Shown piece by piece: positions 40,431 through 52,909 of a stretch of 64,000 bases of DNA; position 1 is the stretch's first letter, and each line of letters opens with the position of its first letter. The position numbers and the translations under genes are program-made. A model generated the notes under the pieces. That model did not search any database. It was not told where the DNA came from and saw nothing but the letters and a program-made list of their open reading frames with translations. The DNA lies in assembly GCF_006345805.1 (NCBI RefSeq), contig NC_042997.1, forward strand, positions 64,480,001 to 64,544,000, in the 5' to 3' direction. Source of the stretch: Octopus sinensis. Taxonomy: Eukaryota.

Positions 40431-40996
40431 TTGGCTAGCTATGCATGGGGTTTGAAGCCCAACTCCACACTACATACCATCAAGTTCAAAATCCTGGAGA
40501 AATCCGAGAAATACAAAGAGTATGTTAATGTATCTAAGAAATGCAACTTATACATAGCAGAAATATCTCATAGATCTCATTGCTCTTAGAACCAACAATT
40601 CCACTTCGCATCTTAATTCGAAGTCTGAAAATCTTAGCAGGTGCAAGCACTAGAACAACATTCAGTTGTCGAAATGGAGAACAGAATCCACGGAGGAAGA
40701 GGTTGTTGTCTCGCAGGCTGCATTAACTGTGATTTCTGCAATCACGAAGGCGTAGATCTTGGTTTTCTTGCTTTCGTTTCTTTCTTCAGGTTCCAGTTAT
40801 TTCCAACAAACTTCACGTTTTTTTCTCTTATTTTTCTTATTATATGACTAACAAGCATCCTGATTTTTATAATGTAACTCACGGAGAAAGAGAGCTTCAA
40901 ATATTCATTTGCAATAATGACATACTCTACATGGCAATGCATGGCGATAAATCGCGCGCGCGTGTGTGTATGTATGCATATTTAATATATTCATAG

Positions 40997-41400
40997 GGCG
41001 GCGAGCTGGCAGAAACGTTAGCATGCCGGGCGAAATTCTTAGCGGTATTTCATCTGCCGTTACGTTCTGAGTTCAAATTCCGCCGAGGTCGACTTTGTCT
41101 TTCATCCTTCCGGGGCCGATTAAATAAGAACCATTTACGCACTGGGGTCGATATAATCGACTTAATCCGTTTGTCTGTCCTCGTTTGTCCGCTCTATGTT
41201 TGGCCCCTTGTGGGTAGTAAAGAAATAGGTATTTCATCTGCCCTTACATTCTGAGTTAAATTCCACCGAGGTCAACTTTGCCTTTCATCCTTCCGGGTCG
41301 ATTAAATAAGTACCAGTTACGCACTGGGGCCGATGTAATCGACCAAATCTACTTGTTTCTCCCCTCTCTGTTTAGCTTCCTCTGTACAATAAAGAAATAT
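40997..41400 (+). mobile_element. tRNA-derived SINE with internally duplicated body (partial dimer)
   Basis: Head GGCGGCGAGCTGGCAGAA, B box GAGTTCAAATTCC; segment GGTATTTCATCTGCC...AAAGAAATA repeated at ~41047-41228 and ~41229-41400. Confidence 0.9.
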
Positions 41401-42705
41401 ATTCATAGCTGCTCTTCTACCGACTGGTATTTTTGCATGCATGGATAAAACATTGAGAGTTTTTTCATAAATTGTAGGGGCTTATTGGACAACAAACCAA
41501 GTGAAAAGCATTCTGGAACACATTTTTTTTGTTTTGAATACTTACGTATGTAACGTTTCAGTTAATAGGGAAATTTTATATATCATTTCTAGTTCGATAC
41601 ACTATTAACAATCTCATTTAAAGATTTTCTTTGCGAATGTGGTTTTCACTGAAATTGCTATAGGAAACTGGAATTATATGTTTAAGTTGATAACTGGCAG
41701 TTTTAAATCGATTGCAAAATATTCAGTTTAAGTCACACAAATTCCAAAGCTGCACCCTCTATATGTTCCAACAATGGCATTTGGTACATAGTTCCCGTCC
41801 ATTCCTTTGTAGTTTCTACGAATATATTTTCTTCAGAATTATATTGTCCACCTCTACATTTTAATGACAAAAGTGCGTGTTGTAAATAAAATGCAACTGC
41901 TATTTTTGGCAGGTATGTTGATCTCGTAAAAATTATATTTGGCTTTTAGAGGCAGGCCTGATAATGCTCTTGTATATTTTCAATACACTATTGAAAACAA
42001 CTTCCCTGCCTGTAAATGTTTTTTTTTTTATCATTTATTTCTAAAAATATTATATAAATTCTGATTTTTCCTTCCATCGCAAACACCTATACTGAAAAAA
42101 AAATGTCACACTGAGAAAGACTCCTTGATGGTAACTATTAAAAGAAAATACTCTCACATCTCATCGGTTTTAGTTAATAGCATTGTACACTACTATGTGT
42201 AAAGTTTTTTTCTTATGTACGTCGAGGAGCATTAACTAACAAAACTGTACAAGGTATATAATATAAAACTGCTAACATCAGCATTCGTAAACATGGTGAG
42301 ATTTTGCTGGAAGAGTAGTATGCAGGAGTAACTTTGTGAAAGGAAGACTTAAAATCAGTATCCACAGTGCTTTACAAAGAGAGTGTCTGCTCTTCTACTG
42401 AATAAGTCTCCTGAAGTCCATTGTTTCGCCTGGAATAACTGCAATCTTTGATTCGGTAAACAGAAACACAATTGAGATATTTTTGTAAATTGAAACAATA
42501 ATCTACAAAACCATCTCTGGTTTTGGGCTTCAATCGATAAGAAATATTTTTTTAAAAAAGCTGCAAATATTAGGAGACAAACAAAAAGAAAAAGATAATA
42601 AAACATCGAAATTTGAAGTGAAGGAAAACAGAACAAAGGAGGTTTGAGAGTTCGAAAATTTATTGGAATCTTGAAAACAAAAAATAAAGACAAAATCACA
42701 ACAGC

Positions 42706-42736
<31 letters not shown>

Positions 42737-43989
42737 TATATATAATTATATAATATATATATATATATACAGTTGTGATTTTGGAAAAAAAAATATTTTC
42801 ACTACTCATTAACAAACTGCAAAGAATGTTTCATACTAACGCATTTCTTAGGAATAATGGATGTCTAATTCGTAAATAAAAAACATAAATAAATATGATA
42901 AAAATTATTCAAAATCCTAAGGCTGGAAAGTATACATAGAATCTGTAGAAATAGAAAACAAATGTTCAATAGAGTAGAAAGAAAAAATATACATAAAATA
43001 AACTAAATCAAGCGGAGAGATACCGTGCATGAGAAACGTGCTAAAGTTGTTCCTGGCAATATTAGTATTAGCTATTATATAAAGAACAAGATACAGATTC
43101 TCTAATACACCTTAACAGATTCAGAGTGCGAGATTGAAAGAATAATACAACATTAGCTAAAGAAAAATTTCATATGAAACCAAAAGCTATTTTAGATTTA
43201 ATAATCCAATAACTTCATCAATATTTCAGAAGCAAAAACATAGCAACAACAATCTTGTATGAGCTTAATACATGCGTCGAAAGCAATTTTCGGAGCCTGA
43301 AGTGAAAGAAATAGACATCTTTTTGCGACAAATATGTGATAGCAAAGAAGCTCTCAAATGAATCAAAAGTATGAGAGATCAAATTTTCCTTTAATGACCG
43401 TTTGTTTTATAACGTCTCTTAATTAAGCGAAATGGCAAAATGAAATGGAAAAAAACATATAATTAATTAAATCGATCCAGAAATTTACGACTATTCCTTT
43501 CAACCTTATTAGTGGGAAGAAAGCCAATATCCACAATGCGGAAATTGGAAATAAATATGAAGGCACCGAATATACATCGCTGCTACTCGATTACTTTCCC
43601 TTATTTGATAATTGATTCATTATTTAGGCAACGTGCCACGTATTATTCGTGGATAAAAAACACTATATCCACAGATAGCCAGTCAATGCAGAACTCTTGT
43701 CCTGTATTTGAGTATACTTGAAAGAACTGTCTCAGGATTATTAATTGCTGACTCGGTCTGATAGTGATACAAATAGCAGTTGTTGTTGTCCCAGCTATCT
43801 GAAAGGCTATATACTCTTCACTTCATTTAGATTTATATACGTGCAACGTAGAAATTGAGAGCTAATTAGACATAACGTTGAGAAAATAATGAGATACCTT
43901 TTTTCTTTCGTACCTATTCATAAAATATGACGCAGCGATCTGACAACATGTTTAAAGAGTAGAATGGATGGTGTTGTAAACTTTCTTTC

Positions 43990-44290
43990 GACTATTTAAG
44001 TCTTGTGTTCAAATTTCACTTAGGTCAACTTTGATGCTCAATCTTTCGGCATAGATAAGACAAAGAATCATTTAAGTACCAAGGTTGATGCCATCATCAC
44101 ATCCATCAAAAAAAAAAATTGCTTGTATTATGCCAAAATTTTATACCGTTATCATTCTTTAAAATCGGCTAGTTAGCAGAATCAATATGACACCGGAAAA
44201 TGCTTCACGGTATTTTTTCCGGCTTTACGTTATGGGTACCAATAACGCCGAAGTCGACTTTGCTTTTATCCTTTCGTGGTAGAAATTTCT
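43990..44290 (+). mobile_element. Two old SINE fragments of the 41.0-kb family
   Basis: GTTCAAATTTCACTTAGGTCAACTTTG and GCCGAAGTCGACTTTGCTTTTATCCTTTCG. Confidence 0.55.
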
Positions 44291-44608
44291 TATACAAACT
44301 GATCGACAGCTCACTGATTTAAAGTAGTACTTCCCTCAGGTGATCTGTATATGCGCATAGCATACTGTGTGACTTTAGTCACTGAGAGGTATAAGAAGTT
44401 ATATAAAGGGACTGAGAATAGATGTGACATTCAGTGTTGATATATGTTAGACGTGAAGGAGATTGTAGAACTGGTCAGAGGTTCCTTTCCTCTTTTCTAT
44501 GACACGCATGCAAGCAAGCGTTCGAAGTTACATTCTGTATATTTATATATTTGTGTGTGTATGTGTGTTTATGTGTAATATGTAAATGTATATACGCATA
44601 TATATATC

Positions 44609-44654
<46 letters not shown>

Positions 44655-45583
44655 AGAGAGAGAGAGAGAGAGAGAGGCAGGCAGACGGACATACAAACAC
44701 AGACACAGACACGCAGACACACACATACAGACACGCAGACAGACACAGACACAGACACACAAAAAGAAGCAGACAGAGAAAAAGACAGAGCAGGAGGAGA
44801 TAGAGAGAGATGGGGAGAGAAGGAAAGAAGAGAGAGACACAAATATATTTTTGAGTTCGATAAAAATGGGGGATTACTCGGTACCGCTTTCTTAAAGGAG
44901 GATCAAAGCTATTATTCATTCTTTATATGATTTGGGTATGAGACGCACAAATTGTAGCTGTAGTCGTTTTTCTCGAAGCCTTGCAGCCTATGTAAACACA
45001 GACTGGATGGCCTGTTGTGTAGCAGCTCTTCAAAAGCAATCATGGTATTTCGGTTTGATGGATGAGATTTTATATGCAATGGAAAGATTCTTGATGACAA
45101 TAGCTTGTGTCAGCTGCCTTATTTCTCTTATTGTTGGGCAAAATGATAAACGGCATTTCGTCCGGCATTTCTTTAAGTTCGAAATTGTCCGAGGCCGATA
45201 CAATAAGTCACAGTTGTGTACTAGGGTAGGGTAATCGACATACCCCCACCACCACCACCACCAGTCACAATTTGCTGGCCTTGGGACAAAAATTGAAACC
45301 ATTAATTAACAGTAAAATATACAAAAATTGGCATATAAATACATGTGTGTAATTGTGTCTGTATATATGTGTGTGTGTGTGTGCACACACATTTATATAC
45401 ATATATATACATATATACATATATATATATACATATGTATATATATATATATATATATGTATATGTATATATATTTATTTATATATATGTGTGTATATGT
45501 ATATATGTATATATATATATACATAATTATATATATATCCATGTGTATGTATATTTTTGCATGTATATATATATATATGTGTG

Positions 45584-45631
<48 letters not shown>

Positions 45632-48011
45632 ATATTCACAATTACACTGATTTACAATTTTAGTCAATGTTTCCAAGTATTAACTTTTACCGGCAGTGTC
45701 CAGTCTGTTGTCGAGATATTTTCGAGCACAACATCTGTATAAGATGAATACCGCAGGATGAAAACCCCCGTAAATTTGCCTACGAATTGCATATTTGTAT
45801 TAAATGATACGCTGATGACTCGCTCACTCTCCCTTCTTTTCTGCTAATCCTCTCTCTCTCTCTCCCTTCACTGTCCCTCTCATAGACTGTGTATAATTCT
45901 TGAAAGATTTAAAATCACTGTGGTTAAAAAGCTCAGTGCTTATGTACCTAAAGTGTATGTTTACTTATATATAATTATATAACTTGTAACTATCTACATA
46001 TTTTAAAACATTTAACTCATTAGTATTTAAAATAACGTATACATATAAGTGCATTCAGATTGTTCATATGTGCATATGTATACACAGCTGCAATATGTTT
46101 TTAGTAATCTCTCAATGTGATAAAGTATACATATTTTTGTAATGTAGAATACGTGCGTTCATTTTCTCAGAAGCAAATACACCATCACTTGAAAAGATAC
46201 AGGCATTCTCACATACACCAATGCGCAGAAATACATACCTGCACACACGCACTCTCGCACATACACATAGTTATCTACGAAAGTATAACAGAAACTGATT
46301 ATGAGATTAAACACATGCGTATGCCTGTGATAATAATAGATGCATATAATTATGTGGCTGCTTGCATGCATGTTGCTTCCTGGGTGGAAGAAGAAAATAG
46401 AAATGATTACAGTTATTAAAATCAGAACTACTAGCTATTATACTACCGAGCAAATAGTAACATATAGTTTATTTACAATATATAAATAACTAAGGTGGGA
46501 TATTATTTAAAATACATATATGGTAGCACATTCGCAGTGTATGTGCACATACACATAAAGGCACTCACACATATATATACATACATGCATACATATGCAC
46601 ACTCCCCCATATATATATATATATATATATAATATATATATATATATACATACATATATAGGATAGCCCTGCATTTAAATTGATGTAATGATTGCATTGG
46701 TGAATTAAATGGATCCGCTTGAAACAGTCGTATTGCGTCACCTCGTGATACACTTTTGCTTATTTTGATTTATTCACTTTACTTTGAGTTGTACGGATAT
46801 TACCGCACTGACTTGTTGCTTCGACTTAAGTACCTTATTCAACTGAATCTCACTTATTTCTCAATCATTACTCGTTCATACAGTTAGGTGAATTTACTTG
46901 ATACAAGGACAAACTATTGAATAAGAAGTACAGAGAAGTAATTTCATGAGTAATAGCATGAGCTTTAAAAACCAACCAATACTGGATAGATGTTCTTTTA
47001 TTATTTCTACAATATGACTGAAGAAGTATATAAACCTGAAGGCGAAGCGTATTAAACTTGAGTGAAATTCTTCAGGTTGATAATATTCAGGTGAGATTGA
47101 CCTTGTATATATTAGTTTCAGTTCGAATAACTGATTAGAATGTTTACAGCTATACCTTTTTTTATGTAATGGTAACCTTTGTCAGATTATTTGGTTTGCT
47201 TCTTACTAAGTTTTTCATATTAACTGTGCAATTGATCGACAAAGTTCTATTTTTTAATGGTTGCTTTTTGGTGTTGGATAGCATAACATTTAAGTAGTAT
47301 GGAAGTTGAAAGCAGATGCAATCACAGCTTTCCCACTTATTATTTGTGAGCCAGAACTTAGGAATATTTAACATCATTAGTCAAATACATATTCCATTGA
47401 CCTGCATTAATACTTGTTAGTCATTTTTTTTCCTTACTATAGTTTATACGGTTTCCATAGTTCTGTATTTAATATATGGAAGCTTCTAAAAATTTACAAT
47501 ACGTTAATTTTTACTGTTATTTTTATTCAGAAGTTATCGGTCTTAACAAAACCGTTTCTGAGCTCGTTGAAGTTATAAACATAGGCATCGTTTTTTTATT
47601 ACTAACGCATGGTCTTTCTTTAACCTATATATGTTTTGTGTACTTGTATATCCATTGGTACACTCATATCTTCAATGTTTACATTTTTTTACTGCATACA
47701 CCTACACGTATCACTGCGATTTAAATCACGCAAGCATTCAGCAAAGTTTATAAATTGACAATCCATTTCATATGAGCCCTCCCTTTCATAAGCGGAATTA
47801 GTCGTATCATTTGTCGTATATTCATATCAAGAATGCAATACTGAAAAGTCAGCAAAACTATAATTCATAGAAGTGACTGCTGGAACATATTAAAACTTTA
47901 GCCCTCTGATGACTATTCATTCATTATGGATATAAAACTAATTGTCTATGTATCTGGTGAAATATGTTGAATAATATACAAAAAAATAGAAGGGAAGGAG
48001 GGAAGCAGAGA

Positions 48012-48206
<195 letters not shown>

Positions 48207-48499
48207 TATCATCATGTGCAAATTCTATATCGATGAGATCTGTCTGATTTCTACAGTTTTAAACTACCCGAATACTTGCACATAATTGTAATAGAAAGAA
48301 TAGATTCCAAACTTGGCTCGTCACCAATAAACTTTGCAGAACGCGGATAGCAGTATTAATTGACTCAGGAACTAGAATAGAAATTTTAGTAGCGAAGAGA
48401 TACAACATAATGTATTCACCTTTTGATTGCAGCTTCCACATAATGATATCAATAAACAACAAAATAAAAAGACATCGACAGGACCAGTCACAGTTTTAA

Positions 48500-48577
<78 letters not shown>

Positions 48578-48579
48578 TT

Positions 48580-49830
48580 TCCTTCTTCAAATCTTCCGTT
48601 TCTCGCCGAGTGTTTTCGGTACACCTAGGGCAGAGAAGCTCATTGTATGCATTCCCAGATTACACACGCAAATTCACATGTAAAATATGTATTTAAAAAA
48701 TTAATGAATACATAAATTCATGAATGGATGTTGTTTTTACAGCGATAATGCTCTTCTCAGTACATGAGCCGTTCCAACCAACATGATTTTAAGCACTTCC
48801 TGTAGGGATGGTAAGCCTGGTATCATTTTCAAATAGGTTTCAGTACCTATTTTTATCATTCCTACAGATCCCTACACAAGCCCGACCTTACTACTTCTAA
48901 TAATAGCGGTTCTGTGGCATCTTTTACATATCATGCTATGTTGTTTTCTTCTACACTAAAGCTGTGATCACATCTAATAAGTCCTCTTTCCCCTCTTTTT
49001 CTTGGTATATACAGTCTGTCTGTGTCACTTTTTAGGTGGAGTGACCCATATCTAGTTAGCAACTACCTCGTCTTTCAGTCTAAGTTGTTTAGTTCGTCTA
49101 CTGTCCATGTGATTACCCCTGCTCCATATCTAAGGAGTGAAACTGTCCGGGTTTTGATAGCTTCGATCTTATTCCGCCCGTTTAATTTCGACTTAAAGAT
49201 CAGTCTCAATCTGCGCAATACTCCACCTTAAATTTTACTGTCGTTTATTTCTCCGTCAATTTATCCACTTACAAAATCTCCATATACTTATAGCCCGTCC
49301 CTTCTATTTGCTTCATAATCTCCTCCGACGGTACCGTTGGGCCGTCCATACATTTGATTTTGCCTCTCTTCAAGACTAACACACCACACCTGCTCAGTCC
49401 GAACTCCATTCTGATGTCAGCACTGAAAGTATACACCGTATCAATGAGGGAACTGATTTGTGCTTCATCTTTACCATAAAGTTTGAGTTCATCGATAAAT
49501 AATAAATGGCTGACTTTTTGTTGGCGGCTTTTGAATACATACCCAGCTTTTGCTTTTTTCAGAATCAGTGTTTGTGGTATCAAGCACAGTACAAAGGTTA
49601 GTGGGGATAGGCCAGTCAGTCTCATTGGATGATGCCCCTCCTAATTTCTACTGTCCCTATACTTCTTCCGCATGCTGTCAGGTCCGTCTTCAAATTCGCC
49701 ATACTTTTTAACGCAATCACTTATCATTCGATGCAATGCCAAATAGGTTCATACACTTCATAATCCAGGAATGTGGGATCAAATCGTACGCCTTGCTGTT
49801 TTCTGCAAGTGCTCCACCCTTATTCCAGCC
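48580..49830 (-). mobile_element. Decayed, internally deleted Dong/R4-clade non-LTR element (RT plus RLE end), copy A
   Basis: KAYDLIPHSWI; LSPLTFVLCLIP...HLLFIDELKLYGK...DIRMEFGL..C.VL.LKRGK...YKY; IPGLPSLQEVLKIMLVGTAHVLRRALSL*; 3' end runs into (TAA)n at 48500-48578. Confidence 0.85.
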
Positions 49831-49854
49831 CCTATTTGTTCCTATCATCATCAC

Positions 49855-49901
<47 letters not shown>

Positions 49902-49908
49902 CCACCAC

Positions 49909-49960
<52 letters not shown>

Positions 49961-50032
49961 TCATCATCATCATCATCATTATTATTATTATTATCATTAT
50001 TATTATATTATTATTATTATTATTATTATCAT

Positions 50033-50544
50033 TGATTGAGAGAGCAGTTCATGCCATCAAAGTGACACTGGGGTAAAATATACGAAGCCCAATATACCCA
50101 TCATGACTACCCGTCTGATAAAGGTACACCAGGCACATGCATCACAACCATATGTGCGCGACATGGTGATCTCATATCAAGATAAACAGCACATGACCTT
50201 GCAGGTGGGGCCCAGTTAGAATTTTCTTCATTTTGAGTAGCCCATCCTGCTCAAACGGTCCCTGAATAAGGGTTGTTTAAGGATGTTGAAAGAACCACCC
50301 ATGTTTCCAGAGGTGAACTATTCAAACCCCAAATAATCCCTCTCAACACATGGCTATGATGCTCCCCCACTACTTCTGCTCGTGTTCAGAGATGCACATA
50401 TCGTCAGCCACTAAGGGACATGCTCAACTGGTTAAGGTCAAACAACTGACAAGCGAATCTGTGGTATTGAGCAGAATATTTGCTGTAGCCCATCTTTTAT
50501 ACCAAGACAAAACAATGTACATGATAACACTTCCAATCAGTTAA

Positions 50545-50545
<1 letters not shown>
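50033..50545. mobile_element. ~510-bp non-coding element bounded by (TAA)n tracts
   Basis: Sharp GC-richer block between (TTA)n/(CAT)n and (TTA)n; no ORF or pol III boxes recognised. Confidence 0.55.
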
Positions 50546-50634
<89 letters not shown>

Positions 50635-50651
50635 TTTATTATTATTATTAA

Positions 50652-50697
<46 letters not shown>

Positions 50698-50700
<3 letters not shown>

Positions 50701-52250
50701 CAGTCTTTTTGTTCATCTCATGCTTTCCCTGCACTACCGCGCACAGCTCTATGTACTTTGGGTATGTGCTGGGGTTTGTTGTGATGCTCTTATTGTTACT
50801 GTATTGAAAGTACATTACGAACGATCTGTGCGGCGCCTAATTGTGTTATATACTGCATGTTATATATACTTGTTAGTCCTGGTGTTTTTGTAATGTATTT
50901 GTCTGAATATTTTTTATCGTCCCTTAATGCGCCTATTATGATAGGAAATGTTTCTGTTTTCAGACTCCACATTTGAATCAGCTCTCCTTGAATGTCTTTG
51001 TATTTTGAAAGTTTCTCCGTTTCTTTTAGAGAAACATTGTTGTCTGTTGGTATTGATAAATCGATTAGAAAGCATGTTTTCTTGGTGATCTTTGACAACT
51101 ATATCCGGCTTAATGGCCTTAATTTCTCTATCTGTGTGTATTGGTATATCTCAGAATATGGTTGCTTTCTGAGACTTTTTCTGGCGTGTGCCTATAGCAT
51201 CTTTTTTACTGTTGTTATTTCATAGTATTGCGTAGCCTCCAGTGTATATAGGGGCTAACTCTGTTGCGTCTGTGAATATACTCCCGCTTAGCCAGGACTG
51301 AGCAGCTAGAGACAATACCATTCATTGTTTCTTCTCCATCTCCACATATTCTGCAGTTATTTGTATTTCTTTTCATGGCATGTTTTTGGTAATTTCTGGT
51401 GGGATATCTTTGGTCTTGTGCTGCAATTAAAATTCCTCCAGTCTCTGCTTCGTGTGCAGACCTTCTCAGCCATTGTTGGAATTCTGCTTTGTCTATTTGT
51501 TTTCAGATTAGTTTAATCCAGTAGTTGCCATGACGAGGCTTTTTTTTTGCCATCGTCTGATCATCATCCGTTGCTGTTCCAGTTTTAGTTTGGCTTTCCA
51601 TTTTTTTTTTTTTTTTTTACAGTTTTTGTTGTTTCTTCTTTTTCTTCATACTTCTATTTATATTTGTCAGCTTCTGAAATGACTGCACACAGTTTTTTGT
51701 TCGTGTTTTATGCTTATTTGTTTACCGAAGTAGGTATTTCGGTAATCCTATAGTGGTTATTTTGTACTAGTTTTCCATCAGTATAAGGCCTCTACAGCCT
51801 TCCATACTTTGTATATATAACCTTTCTATGTCAAATTGTGCGTTGCGCATCCTAAATTCTGTTACTATATTTCTAGTTTTCTTGTCTATTTTGATTAGTT
51901 CATTTAGAATGCAGTTAAAAATATTGTAGTTATAACTTGTAACTAGGACGGCTAGAATGCTGATACCTATGATCTTGTTTTTCGCATTGAGCTCTGTTTT
52001 CAGTATTAATTTAACTCGTCTATAGTATTCGTTTTGTTAAATTCTCTTTCATTTGTGTGTTTTTGTATCGTAATTAGATAATTGCTTCCTAATTATTTGT
52101 ATTTTTGGCTTTGGTCTAATTCTCTTATTTCATTTTTAGCTTTATCTAGTGTGATGTTGCTACTCTTAACTAATTTTCCTTTTTCAAGTTTGTTTTGGCA
52201 AAGTTTTCTAAGCGAAATTTCATGTTTATTTCTTTGGAAAGTACATGCTG
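50698..52250 (-). mobile_element. 5'-truncated Dong/R4-clade element (RT C-term, CCHC finger, RLE), copy B
   Basis: RRVKLILKTELNAKNKI; ETGGILIAAQDQ; SSCSVLAKREY; CFLIDLSIPTDNNVSLKETEKLSKYKD...IIIGAL; 3' end runs into (TAA)n at 50547-50697. Confidence 0.9.
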
Positions 52251-52253
52251 ATA

Positions 52254-52661
52254 GGCGCAGGAGTGGCTGCGTGGTAAGTAGCTTGCTAACCAACCACATG
52301 GTTCCGGGTTCAGTCCCACTGCGTGGCATCTTGGGCGAGTGTCTTCTGCTATAGCCCCGGGCCGACCAATGCCTTGTGAGTAGATTTGGTAGACGGAAAC
52401 TGAAAGAAGCCTGTCGTATATATGTATATATATATGTGTGTATGTGTGTATGTGTTTGTGTGTGTTTGTCCCCCTAGCATTGCTTGACAACCGATGCTGG
52501 TGTGTTTATGTCCCCGACACTTAGCGGTTCGGCAAAAGAGACCGATAGAATAAGTACTGGGCTTACAAAGAATAAGTCCCGGGGTCGATTTGCTCGACTA
52601 AAAGGCGGTGCTCCAGCATGGCCGCAGTCAAATGACTGAAACAAGTAAAAGAGTAAAAGAG
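52254..52661 (+). mobile_element. Full-length tRNA-derived SINE (27.5-kb family)
   Basis: Near-identical to 27539-27952; abuts the 5' end of Dong copy B. Confidence 0.9.
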
Positions 52662-52820
52662 AGAGAGAGAGAGTACCGTCTATAGTAACGTTTCCAGCTG
52701 TTTATCATTTGTAGTGTACAATTTTAGATCATCCATCAATAAGAGGTGGTTGATTGTTTTGCCGTAACAGTTGTATCCACATCCAGTTCTTCTTCTTCTT
52801 CTTCTTCTTATTATTATTTA

Positions 52821-52909
<89 letters not shown>

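Noticed and set aside
40765-40792. CUGAAGA...GAAA on the minus strand (similar chance hits at 1110, 32388, 54165)
   Set aside because: No pairing stems; expected by chance in A-rich sequence
42355-42699. 114-aa ORF with a good acceptor near 42560
   Set aside because: The hydrophobic part is the polypyrimidine tract; no donor or homology supports coding
44932-45234. 100-aa ORF
   Set aside because: The 3' third is a SINE remnant; no domain recognised
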